Shown here: positions 46,133 through 55,643 of the stretch, piece after piece
How the letters are laid out: the number at the start of each line of letters is the position of its first letter
Position numbering within the stretch: position 1 is the first letter of the stretch
Source: an uncultured Gammaproteobacteria bacterium
GTDB taxonomy: Bacteria; Patescibacteriota; Microgenomatia; Levybacterales; UBA12049
Direction: 5' to 3'
Assembly: GCA_964408825.1 (NCBI GenBank)
Contig: CAYPAU010000001.1
Coordinates: forward strand, 76,789 to 140,788
DNA: 64,000 nt
Notes under the pieces: generated by a model
Told to the model about the DNA's origin: nothing
Database searches by the model: none
The model's input: only the letters and a program-made list of their open reading frames with translations
Made by a program: the position numbers and the translations under genes

Positions 46133-46996
46133 TCATAAGTTTTTAAAGGCGTATTCCCTGCTTGATCGAACTACATATCCTACGGTTGGGGGAGCAAAAT
46201 GCGCTCCTATAAGAAGGATTTCCTTGTCGGTAATTTCTTCCAATAATTTCCTGCGTGTTTCTATAGCTTTGTCCGGATAAGTATCGTATTCTATTGTCCA
46301 TTCGGGATTTGCCAACTGACAAGGATGATGAATAAAATCTCCCGAAAATAAAGCATTTTTGCCTTTTGATTCAATTTTTAAACTAACATGTTCCGGTGTA
46401 TGTCCGGGCGCAGAGATTAGTTTCAAATTCTTATCTATCATATAATCGGATGAGATAAATTTTCCAAGCCCTGCATCCACCACGGGTTTTACTGAATCAT
46501 CAAAGGCGTCTTTATCATCGGCAACTTCACGTTCTGGATTAGTCTTCCAGTAATCATATTCTTTCTGCACAAATAGATATTCAGCATTTGGGAATGTAGG
46601 TTTCCAAACCCCATCGATCAATTCCGTATTCCATCCCACGTGATCAGTATGAAGATGTGTACTAATAACCACATCTACTTTTTCTTTTGCAACTCCCAGT
46701 TTTCTTAGTTTATCTAAAAAATCCGTTTTTAATCTTGACCATTCCGGAAGATCCGTGCGAATTTTGTCATTGCCATTTCCCGTATCAACTAAGATATTCT
46801 TACCTTCCGATTTGATGAGAAATGAAGCAACAGTAGCTTTAAATTTACCATTTTTGTCTGCAAAATGAGGAAATAGCCATTTTATTCTTCTGATTTTTTC
46901 GGGGGTTGCCGGTTTTATCCCATCCTGCAAAACTTTCCCTGCATCGGGAATTTCGATAATTTGGAAAATCTCAACATCACCAATTTTCCACTTCAT
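46133..46996 (-). CDS. MBL-fold metallo-hydrolase (AHL-lactonase-like)
   Basis: HLHTDHVGWN zinc-binding motif and GHTPEH. Confidence 0.7.
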   Translation of the reverse strand: MKWKIGDVEIFQIIEIPDAGKVLQDGIKPATPEKIRRIKWLFPHFADKNGKFKATVASFLIKSEGKNILVDTGNGNDKIRTDLPEWSRLKTDFLDKLRKLGVAKEKVDVVISTHLHTDHVGWNTELIDGVWKPTFPNAEYLFVQKEYDYWKTNPEREVADDKDAFDDSVKPVVDAGLGKFISSDYMIDKNLKLISAPGHTPEHVSLKIESKGKNALFSGDFIHHPCQLANPEWTIEYDTYPDKAIETRRKLLEEITDKEILLIGAHFAPPTVGYVVRSSREYAFKNL

Positions 46997-47003
46997 GAGG
47001 AAA

Positions 47004-47474
47004 TTATAGCAGTTTTTTTATTGCCTTCTGATAAATGATGTTATCGACTATCCAACCTTCTTTTTCTCTTTTTATCTCTCTATATCCATTCTTTTCATAA
47101 AATCTCTGTGCAGAAACTTGCTTGGCAGAAGTATTAAGCTGAAGTGTTTTATATCCTAGCTCTTTTGCTCTTTTTTCAAGCACGTCGAGAATCATTTGCC
47201 CATAACCTTTTCTTTGATAAGTCGGGTCAACTCTCATTCTTCTTATTTCCCCAATTTCATCTGTCATTTTTCGCAATCCTCCCATTGCGATTATCTTGCT
47301 ATCTAATAATCCTACTAAAAACTCTCCTCGGTTATTTAGATAAATTCTTTCTATGTCATCAAAGTCCTTTTCCCATTTGCCTGTATACATATATGCGTCT
47401 TCATTTTTCAAAGCGCGAACATGAAGATTAAAGATCTCATCTTTGTCAGAGGGTTGATATTGTCTGATTATCAT
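47004..47474 (-). CDS. GNAT family N-acetyltransferase
   Basis: Acetyl-CoA-binding motif RRMRVDPTYQRKGYGQMIL. Confidence 0.8.
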   Translation of the reverse strand: MIIRQYQPSDKDEIFNLHVRALKNEDAYMYTGKWEKDFDDIERIYLNNRGEFLVGLLDSKIIAMGGLRKMTDEIGEIRRMRVDPTYQRKGYGQMILDVLEKRAKELGYKTLQLNTSAKQVSAQRFYEKNGYREIKREKEGWIVDNIIYQKAIKKLL

Positions 47475-47499
47475 AAAAGGTTGCTTGATGTACGAGCTA

Positions 47500-48129
47500 T
47501 TATCGGAAGGAAACTTTTTCTCCTGTTTTTAGAGATTTAAATTCAATTTCTCTGTCAGAAAAGTATTTTACAAGTCTTTGATAAAAAGCTTCTCTTGCTT
47601 TTTCATTCCAATGCCAGTCATGAATTGGAATTATGTATCTTGGTTTTAACAAAAGCGCATAAGCAACAGATTGAGTTAAACTACACCATGGGGCTTGTAC
47701 CGGAAGAGCCAAAACCTCGACAGTCTTTTTGAATTGTAAAGAATCTCCAGGATGAACGATCTTGTTAAATAATGTAAATACGATATTTTTTGGAGGGATA
47801 ATACCAAAAACTTCTTCGTGCGGACTTTCTTTAAAAGATATGCCCACATCTGCGTCTGATGATGCATCGATACTTTCCTTTTTTAATATAGACACTACAG
47901 AATCGCTTGAAATAATCTTTACATTAGGAAACTTGTTTATTATATCTTTAATGAATGGGAGATACATATGATCAGGATGTTCATGAGTAATTAAAATGTA
48001 ATCAAGCTTTGTAAGCTTGTCTAGATTAAGCCCGCCCTCTTCGTAGGTGTAATTGCCTGGATCAATAAGGAAAACCTTATTATTTTCTTCAATGAGTAAG
48101 CATGAATGAATATGTTTTGAAATAATCAT
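47500..48129 (-). CDS. MBL-fold metallo-hydrolase
   Basis: ITHEHPDHMY (HxHxDH) motif. Confidence 0.7.
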   Translation of the reverse strand: MIISKHIHSCLLIEENNKVFLIDPGNYTYEEGGLNLDKLTKLDYILITHEHPDHMYLPFIKDIINKFPNVKIISSDSVVSILKKESIDASSDADVGISFKESPHEEVFGIIPPKNIVFTLFNKIVHPGDSLQFKKTVEVLALPVQAPWCSLTQSVAYALLLKPRYIIPIHDWHWNEKAREAFYQRLVKYFSDREIEFKSLKTGEKVSFR

Positions 48130-48278
48130 AGCTCAATTATATCACTGGGCATTGGCAAAATTGTAAGGAAGGCCTAAGATCCCTAGGTGTCAATATGATT
48201 CCACCTCCCAGGTGTACCTTGAAACGGGGAAAGGATTTTAAATTGTAAGTAGCCTTGCATTCTTGATATAATCTTTTT

Positions 48279-49034
48279 GTGAACAACCCTTTTCTTTCTG
48301 TCGTCGTCCCCTCATATAATGAGCTTGGTAATCTTCATAAGGGAGTTCTGGATAAAGTTGATCATTATCTTTCTAGGCAAAAATACACATGGGAAGTAAT
48401 AGTGGTTGATGACGGCTCAACAGATGGAAGTGTAGAGTTTGTAGAAAATTTTGTTAAAGAAAATGAGGGATTTAGGGTGGTGAAAAACGGCCATACCGGA
48501 AAAGCAGGTGCCGTAACGCGCGGTGTTTTAGATGCAAAAGGAGAGATCATACTTTTTACAGACATGGATCAGGCAACTCCCATAGAAGAAATAGAAAAAT
48601 TTTTTCCTTCTTTCGAAAGAAACTTCGATATAGTTATTGGTTCGCGAAATTCCGAAAGAAAAGGAGCCCCATGGACAAGACTTGTTATGGCAAGGAGCAT
48701 GATGATACTCCGCACGCTAATAGTAGGAGTTTACGGAATTTCAGACACGCAGTGCGGGTTTAAAGCTTTTAGGAATGATGTCGCAAAGAAATTATTTAAA
48801 AAAATAAACGATATAAATAAAGGATTCAAACAAGTTACCGGATCACATGTGACTGCCGGATTTGATGTAGAACTTCTGTATCTTGCCCAGAAGTTGGGTT
48901 ACAGGATAAAAGAGGTACCTGTTAACTGGCTTTATGTAGAAACAAGAAGAGTAAGCCCTCTAAAAGATTCCATAGATGGCTTTTTCGATCTTTTCAAAAT
49001 AAAATTTAATTCTTTAAAAGGGACTTACGACTAA
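48279..49034 (+). CDS. GT2 glycosyltransferase (polyprenyl-phosphate sugar synthase-like, DPM1/GtrB type)
   Basis: LSVVVPSYNELGNL and VVDDGSTDGS. The GTG start lies about 7 nt after a perfect TATAAT -10, so the transcript is probably leaderless. Confidence 0.8.
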   Translation: MNNPFLSVVVPSYNELGNLHKGVLDKVDHYLSRQKYTWEVIVVDDGSTDGSVEFVENFVKENEGFRVVKNGHTGKAGAVTRGVLDAKGEIILFTDMDQATPIEEIEKFFPSFERNFDIVIGSRNSERKGAPWTRLVMARSMMILRTLIVGVYGISDTQCGFKAFRNDVAKKLFKKINDINKGFKQVTGSHVTAGFDVELLYLAQKLGYRIKEVPVNWLYVETRRVSPLKDSIDGFFDLFKIKFNSLKGTYD

Positions 49035-50225
49035 ATGTCGAAATTTAAATTTACCATTTTTCATTTACCATTTATCATTTTTTGTTATCTAATAGTTATC
49101 ATTGCTCTTTTTCTTTATTCTTTTACACAGATTGATTTAAGTTTGACTTTGACAGAGATTTCATGGTGGCAGGGGATTCAAAAATTTTTTCAGAACATCG
49201 GTTACTTTAACAGACCTCTTTCTGCGTTTTTTTATTTGACAATAACCACATTTCTGTTTGTTTTATATATTTTATTTTTGATACTTGCCAAAAGAAATAA
49301 ACTTTCATACAAAGCAGTATGGGGATTAGTTATTTTTACATCAGTGCTTCTTACCTTTTCCTATAATGCCTTTTCTTACGACCTTTTTAATTATATGTTT
49401 GATGCAAGAATCATAACCAATTATCAGCAGAACCCTTATCTTCATAAAGCCCTGGACTATCCGGGTGATCCCATGCTTTCTTTCATGCACTGGACACACA
49501 GGACTTATCCCTATGGTCCTTCATGGCTTATTCTTACGGTACCGCTTTCATTTATCGGAGGAAATTTTTTCCTTTTTACTTTTTTCATGTTCAAAGCCAT
49601 ATCCTCTTTAAGCTATTTGGGAACCGCATATTTTATTTCAAAAATATTAAAAAAAGTTAATACCGAGAATGCACTGCTTGGTCTTGTATTTTTTGCATTC
49701 AACCCCTTGGTTATAATTGAGGGCTTAGTTAGTGCTCACAATGACATGGCCATGATTTTTTTCGCGGTTTTTTCGTTGTATCTACTTTTAAATAGCCAAA
49801 AAATATTTTCGTTCTTGGGATTCCTATTTTCAATAGGAATAAAATTTGCAACCGTTTTTATGATACCGGCGTATATCTATTTTTTTATAAAGAAGAAAAT
49901 AGATAAGAGATTTTTTAAAATTTTATTTTTCTCGATGTTTATTCCTCTCATTTTTGTAACAATAAGAACAAATTATCAACCATGGTATCTTCTTTATATT
50001 CTTCCTTTTGCAAGTTTGGCCCCTCAAAAAAAATACACAATGGGAGCAGGAATTATTTTAGCTTTTTTCTCACTTATTCAATACATTCCCTTTCTTTATA
50101 CAGGGAATTGGGATAAGCCAATCCCACAGATTCTGTTTTATATCACAGTATCAGGCTTCGTAGTTTATCTTTTGTATTCTATGTTCGGAAGTCTAAATAT
50201 TTTAGGCAGGAAAATGCTAAAATAA
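49035..50225 (+). CDS. Polytopic membrane protein, possible GT-C glycosyltransferase (DUF2029/GT87-like?)
   Basis: 396 aa with about 10 transmembrane helices, inside the glycosylation cluster. Confidence 0.35.
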   Translation: MSKFKFTIFHLPFIIFCYLIVIIALFLYSFTQIDLSLTLTEISWWQGIQKFFQNIGYFNRPLSAFFYLTITTFLFVLYILFLILAKRNKLSYKAVWGLVIFTSVLLTFSYNAFSYDLFNYMFDARIITNYQQNPYLHKALDYPGDPMLSFMHWTHRTYPYGPSWLILTVPLSFIGGNFFLFTFFMFKAISSLSYLGTAYFISKILKKVNTENALLGLVFFAFNPLVIIEGLVSAHNDMAMIFFAVFSLYLLLNSQKIFSFLGFLFSIGIKFATVFMIPAYIYFFIKKKIDKRFFKILFFSMFIPLIFVTIRTNYQPWYLLYILPFASLAPQKKYTMGAGIILAFFSLIQYIPFLYTGNWDKPIPQILFYITVSGFVVYLLYSMFGSLNILGRKMLK

Positions 50226-50229
50226 TCTT

Positions 50230-51744
50230 ATGTTTGCTTTGCAAAAACTCTTTGTAAAATATAGATTTGAAATCCTTGCCTTTGCAGCACTTACAGCTTT
50301 GTATTTTTACCTTCGTTTATACAACGTAATGTCCCTTCCCATATTTACGGATGAGGCAATTTATGTAAGATGGTCACAAATTGCAAGATATGATCCTTCA
50401 TGGAGATTCATATCTTTAACGGATGGGAAACAACCTCTTTTCGTTTGGCTTGCCTTAAACGTTATGAGACTAGTTGAAGACCCTCTTTTTGCTTCAAGGC
50501 TTGTCTCAGTCGCAGCAGGATTTTTTACAATGGTAGGCTTGTTTTTCTTAGGGAGGGAAATCTTCAAAAACCGATTCGTAGGTTTAATTTCCTCCTTTCT
50601 GTATATACTGTATCCCTTTGCCTTAGTTTATGACCGCATGGCACTTTACGAGAGCTTGGTGGGTGTTTTTACTGTCTGGGCTCTTTATCTTGAAGTGCTT
50701 TTAATAAGAAGAATCCGCCTTGATGTCGCTTTGATATTAAGTATGGTTCTTGGCGCCGGAGTACTTACTAAGTCCTCCGCCTTTTTTAATATTTATCTTA
50801 TTCCCACCACGCTTCTTTTGTTCGATTTCAAAAATAAGAAATCAATGCTTTTTAGATGGGCTTTGTTAGTTATTGTTTCTACAGTTCTTGCCTATGGATA
50901 TTATTCGGTCTTAAGACTTTCCCCCTTTTTTCACATAGTTAATGAAAAAAACTCCATATTTGTATATCCTTTCAAGGAGTGGATTACTCATCCTTTCACG
51001 TATTTGAGAAGTAATTCAATGGGCCTTTTAGATTGGTTTTATAGCTATATGGGTTTGCCGGCAATTCTTTTAATAATCCTATCGTTTTTCATAAATACTA
51101 AATATTTGAAAGAAAAAATTCTTTTTTCCAGTTGGTTTGTGATTCCCTTTGTAGCTCTTATTTTTTTTGGTAAAACCCTTTACCCAAGATTTATCTTTTT
51201 TATGACGCTTTCGCTTTTGCCTCTGGTAGCTTTTTCGCTCTTTGAAATTTTTAATAAAATTAAAAAGAGATACTTAGCAATCCTTATCCTTGTAGTTTTC
51301 CTAATTCCTTTTTTAAGAACAGACTTTTATATTATTTCAGACTTTGCAAAAGCTCCTATAGCAAAGCCAGATATTCACCAGTACATCAATGACTGGCCGG
51401 CAGGAGGAGGCATTAAAGAAGCGGTTGATTATTTAGGGGAGCAAGCTAAGGAAAGAAAAATCCATGCGGCTTCCCTTGGCACTTTTGGTTCTCTTCCTAC
51501 TTATTCAATAGAGATTTATTTAGGAGACAATAATAATGTAGATAGAGGAGGTATTTTCCCCGTGCCCTCAGAAATACCAAAAGAACTATTGGAAAAGGCA
51601 AAGAAGATACCAGTTTTTCTTCTTGTTTCAAATCAGAAGGAATTTGAGAATAATATAAAAACCTGGCCTCTTAAGCTTATTTTTGAAATAAAAAAGGGCG
51701 AGGGAGATTCATTCACACGGCTTTATAGAGTAAAAGCTTCTTAA
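50230..51744 (+). CDS. ArnT/PMT-family GT-C membrane glycosyltransferase
   Basis: N-terminal loop with a DE motif (IFTDEAIYVRW); polytopic; 504 aa. Confidence 0.6.
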   Translation: MFALQKLFVKYRFEILAFAALTALYFYLRLYNVMSLPIFTDEAIYVRWSQIARYDPSWRFISLTDGKQPLFVWLALNVMRLVEDPLFASRLVSVAAGFFTMVGLFFLGREIFKNRFVGLISSFLYILYPFALVYDRMALYESLVGVFTVWALYLEVLLIRRIRLDVALILSMVLGAGVLTKSSAFFNIYLIPTTLLLFDFKNKKSMLFRWALLVIVSTVLAYGYYSVLRLSPFFHIVNEKNSIFVYPFKEWITHPFTYLRSNSMGLLDWFYSYMGLPAILLIILSFFINTKYLKEKILFSSWFVIPFVALIFFGKTLYPRFIFFMTLSLLPLVAFSLFEIFNKIKKRYLAILILVVFLIPFLRTDFYIISDFAKAPIAKPDIHQYINDWPAGGGIKEAVDYLGEQAKERKIHAASLGTFGSLPTYSIEIYLGDNNNVDRGGIFPVPSEIPKELLEKAKKIPVFLLVSNQKEFENNIKTWPLKLIFEIKKGEGDSFTRLYRVKAS

Positions 51745-51745
51745 T

Positions 51746-54136
51746 ATGTACGAGAAAATCCGCTTGTTTTCCTTTCGGAACAAGATTTTTTTATTTATAG
51801 TTCTAATTGTTTTATTTTTCTTCTGGCCCGTTTTTAAAGGCGATATTCCTTTTCCTGGAGATACGCTTGTAGGATTTTATGAACCTTATAAAGCTTATCC
51901 AATACTGGGTTTTTCTCCCGGGAGTGTACCTAATAAAGCACAGGGACCGGATGTTATAAAAGAACTGTTCCCATGGAAAAATTTTGTCATAGAGTCTTTA
52001 AGGCAAGGACAGGTTCCTTTTTGGAATCCTTACAATTTTTCAGGAAATCCTCTTATGGCAAATTTTCAATCGGGGACATTTTACCCTCCTAATGTTATTT
52101 TTCTCATTTTTCCTTTCACGATTTCCTGGACAATCTTTATTCTTCTTATTCCAATTTTGGCTTCTTCTTTCACCTACCTTTTCCTGCGAGAGCTAAATTT
52201 AAGTAAAACCTCAAGTTTTTTCGGAGGCATTGTTTTTGCATTTTCTTCCTATATGGTTGTTTGGCTTCAATATGGAAATATAGGTCATACCTTGTTATGG
52301 ATTCCGCTGGGACTTTTAATAACTGAAAAATTAATAAAGAAATTTGAATGGAAATTTTTATTTTTTCTAACTCTTATTTTATGGTTTTCTATCCTCGCAG
52401 GGTATATTCAAGGCTATTTCTATTCAGCGAGTCTAATATTTGCATATTTTCTTTTTAAAGGTTTTACGGAAGGAAAGATTAATCTCAGAAGATTCTTGTA
52501 TTTTATAACTGCATTAATTTCTCCAGTTGCTCTTTCTCTTTTCCAGATCTTGCCCACGATTGAATTATTTAATGCATCTTCAAGATCGGACTATACTCTC
52601 TCCCAAATCCAAAATTTACTTAATCCCTGGTGGTACGCAATAACTGCTATAGCACCTAATTTTTTCGGAAATCCGGCAACATTTAATCATTGGTTCTGGG
52701 GAACTTATATTGAAAGAGTTTCATACATTGGTCTTGTTCCTTTTATTCTTTTTTTGTCCGCTGTTTTATCCTTCAAAAGAAGAAAAGAAAAATTATTCTT
52801 CGGGGTAGTTGCAATACTTAGCTTCATTATATCACTTGATCTTTTTATAACAAAATATTTTTTTAAAATACCAGTTCCTATTATATCAACAGCCGTACCG
52901 ACCAGAATTCTGAGTCTATTCCAATTCTCCGCGGCGATTCTTTCAGCTTTTGGGCTTGAATATTTTTTGAAAAATCAAGGAAAGAGAAAATTTTACATTG
53001 CTACATTTATCACCCTTTTTCTTATTGGTCTATCATGGATGCTCGCATTTTTCGGAGGAGAAATCTTTCAGATCGACCCAGTAAATCTATCAATATCTAA
53101 AAAAAATTTAATTATTCCCACTTTTCTAGCAATTGCTTTTCTCTTAGTGATTTATATCTGGTTTAAAACTAAATCAAAATTAACTATTTTTGCAATTTTA
53201 TTACTTACTATTTTTGATCTATTTTATTTTTTCCAAAGAATTACCCCATTTTCACCTCCTGAGTTTACTTATCCTGAGACACCAGTTGTTAGGTATCTTA
53301 AGGAAAATGGTTCAATAAACAGATTTTGGGGATATGGTTCAGGATATATCGAAAGCAATTTCCAACTAATGGATAAGACTTTTTCACCGGAAGGGAATGA
53401 CCCTTTGCATATTAGGACATACACAGAGCTTCTTTCCTCATCTAAAAATGGAAAGCTTTCAGAGAATCTTCCTCGTCCGGATGCCAATATTGAAAGAGGT
53501 TTTGGAGAGAAAAATCTGCGCGAAAATAAATATCGTCAGAGATTGCTTAATCTTTTGGGAGCAAAATATGTTCTCCATAAGACAGGCTCAGATTCTCCTG
53601 ATTACACTACTTTTCCCGATAGAATTTATCGGTTGGTACAAAGTGACGGATATTATCAAATTTATGAGAATAAAGAAGTTTTGCCAAGATTTTTCCTAAC
53701 GGGAGATTATACAGTTGAGGATGATGAGGGAAAAATTATATCCCTTATTTATGATGAAGACATAGATCTTAAAAAAACCTTAATTCTTAAGGAAGACCCC
53801 AAAATCAATATTGATAAAAATTCAAAAGGGGTAGCACAGCTTATAAATTACTTACCAAATAAGGTTTCTGTTAAGACAAAAAGTAATGGAAATAGTTTAC
53901 TATTTATATCGGATACCTATTATCCCGGGTGGGAAGTAAAAATCGATAATACGCCCTCACAGATTATACTTTCTGATTATGCATTCAGAGCCGTACCAGT
54001 TGAGGAAGGCGAACATATTGTAGAATTTTTATATAGACCAAAGAGCTTTTACAAGGGTTTAACTCTCTCCCTTTTTAGTTTAATTATTTTGGCTCTTTTT
54101 TTATCTTATGTCAGGAATCTTGAAAAAAAACTTTAA
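51746..54136 (+). CDS. YfhO-family membrane protein (GT-C-like glycosyltransferase)
   Basis: 796 aa; WNPYNFSGNPLMANFQSGTFYPPN and about 13 transmembrane helices plus a C-terminal extracytoplasmic domain. Paralogous to 62106..>64000. Confidence 0.6.
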   Translation: MYEKIRLFSFRNKIFLFIVLIVLFFFWPVFKGDIPFPGDTLVGFYEPYKAYPILGFSPGSVPNKAQGPDVIKELFPWKNFVIESLRQGQVPFWNPYNFSGNPLMANFQSGTFYPPNVIFLIFPFTISWTIFILLIPILASSFTYLFLRELNLSKTSSFFGGIVFAFSSYMVVWLQYGNIGHTLLWIPLGLLITEKLIKKFEWKFLFFLTLILWFSILAGYIQGYFYSASLIFAYFLFKGFTEGKINLRRFLYFITALISPVALSLFQILPTIELFNASSRSDYTLSQIQNLLNPWWYAITAIAPNFFGNPATFNHWFWGTYIERVSYIGLVPFILFLSAVLSFKRRKEKLFFGVVAILSFIISLDLFITKYFFKIPVPIISTAVPTRILSLFQFSAAILSAFGLEYFLKNQGKRKFYIATFITLFLIGLSWMLAFFGGEIFQIDPVNLSISKKNLIIPTFLAIAFLLVIYIWFKTKSKLTIFAILLLTIFDLFYFFQRITPFSPPEFTYPETPVVRYLKENGSINRFWGYGSGYIESNFQLMDKTFSPEGNDPLHIRTYTELLSSSKNGKLSENLPRPDANIERGFGEKNLRENKYRQRLLNLLGAKYVLHKTGSDSPDYTTFPDRIYRLVQSDGYYQIYENKEVLPRFFLTGDYTVEDDEGKIISLIYDEDIDLKKTLILKEDPKINIDKNSKGVAQLINYLPNKVSVKTKSNGNSLLFISDTYYPGWEVKIDNTPSQIILSDYAFRAVPVEEGEHIVEFLYRPKSFYKGLTLSLFSLIILALFLSYVRNLEKKL

Positions 54137-55643
54137 ATTTATTTTTATATTTCTTTCCGTTTTATTAGTGGTTCCAGGTGTCGTAGGACTTTTACATTCA
54201 GGTTTTCCCTTAACCGATGACGGCAACTGGATGGTTATAAGGTTTTCCGCATTTTATGAGGCTTTTAGGAACGGACAATTTCCCGTAAGATTTCTTCCGC
54301 GTTTAAATAATGGATTCGGTTATCCGGTTTCTAATTTTCTTTATCCTCTTTTTATGTATATAGGCATCCCGATTCATCTTGCGGGCTTTAGCTTCGTAGA
54401 TACCATTAAGGTAATCATGGGGGGCAGTTTAATTTTTTCTTCTTTATTCACATTTTTGTGGCTTAGAAAGATATTTGGATCAATTGCATCTTTGGTCGGA
54501 GCGGTCTCCTACTCATTATTTCCGTATCATTTATATGATTTATATAAAAGAGGATCTGTTGGAGAGCTTCTTGCTCTTTCTATTGTCCCGTTTATTCTTT
54601 GGGGGATAGAAAAGAGAAACTTGGCTATTTCCTCTTTAGGATACGGTCTTCTGATCCTCTCACATAACACTTTGGCAATTTTATTTATTCCTACTATTTT
54701 TATATATCAACTCTTAAGGTATAAATTTTCCCTAAAGTCCTTAATGCCCCTTCTTCTTGGTCTTTCTCTTTCTGCCTTTTTTTCAGTGCCCGCTCTATAC
54801 GACAGGCAATATACAATTTTTAGTCAAGTTAAAATATCAGATTATTCCATGTATTTCGTTAACTTCGACAATTTGAATTTATACGGCTTAATATTCTTTA
54901 CATCGATCGCTGCCTCTTTCTATTTATTAATTAAAAACAAAGGAAAAACTAATATTTATTTTTTGATACTTTCACTGTTAGCCCTATTAATAACAATTCC
55001 TAAAGCTGTTCCAGTCTGGGAATTTACATTTTTGCAAAATTATATTCAGTTCCCATTTAGATTCGTCTCAATTGCTGTTTTATCGTCCTCTTTTCTTCTC
55101 GCGTCATTTTTGGATTTATTTAAGGTAAGAAGATTAATCTTTGCCTTTATAATCTTAATTATAATTTATTTATCCAGCCTAAACTTTATTTATCCTAAAG
55201 TTTTTCAATACCATCCGGATACCTTTTACTCTACCAACCAAGACACAACTACAGTCAAAAACGAATATATGCCAAAATGGGTCAAGAAAATACCAACTAG
55301 AAGATACGAAAGCAAGGTCGAGATTATCAATGGAGAAGGTGAGATTAAAGATTTTAAAGATTCAGGCAATAGGGTTTCATTTATATATGTATCTAAAGAG
55401 CCGTCCTTACTTGCGCTTAATACTATATATTTCCCAGGCTGGAAGCTAAGTATTGATAAAAAAAATTCTCAAATTTTATACAATAATGAAGGAGGTCTTA
55501 TTCAATTTAAGGTAGACCGCGGTAAGCATTTTATTGAAGCAAAATTCGGAGAAACCGGAGTAAGACTTTTAAGCGATCTTGTATCGCTGGGGAGTCTTTT
55601 TGTGCTTTTGTACTTGTCTTTAAAAAGAAAATATTTAATATGA
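54108..55643 (+). CDS. Uncharacterised polytopic GT-C-like membrane protein (paralogue A)
   Basis: FPLTDDGNWMVIRF...GQFPVRFLPRLNNGFGYPVSNFLYPLFMY; resembles the next gene. Confidence 0.4.
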   Translation: MSGILKKNFKFIFIFLSVLLVVPGVVGLLHSGFPLTDDGNWMVIRFSAFYEAFRNGQFPVRFLPRLNNGFGYPVSNFLYPLFMYIGIPIHLAGFSFVDTIKVIMGGSLIFSSLFTFLWLRKIFGSIASLVGAVSYSLFPYHLYDLYKRGSVGELLALSIVPFILWGIEKRNLAISSLGYGLLILSHNTLAILFIPTIFIYQLLRYKFSLKSLMPLLLGLSLSAFFSVPALYDRQYTIFSQVKISDYSMYFVNFDNLNLYGLIFFTSIAASFYLLIKNKGKTNIYFLILSLLALLITIPKAVPVWEFTFLQNYIQFPFRFVSIAVLSSSFLLASFLDLFKVRRLIFAFIILIIIYLSSLNFIYPKVFQYHPDTFYSTNQDTTTVKNEYMPKWVKKIPTRRYESKVEIINGEGEIKDFKDSGNRVSFIYVSKEPSLLALNTIYFPGWKLSIDKKNSQILYNNEGGLIQFKVDRGKHFIEAKFGETGVRLLSDLVSLGSLFVLLYLSLKRKYLI

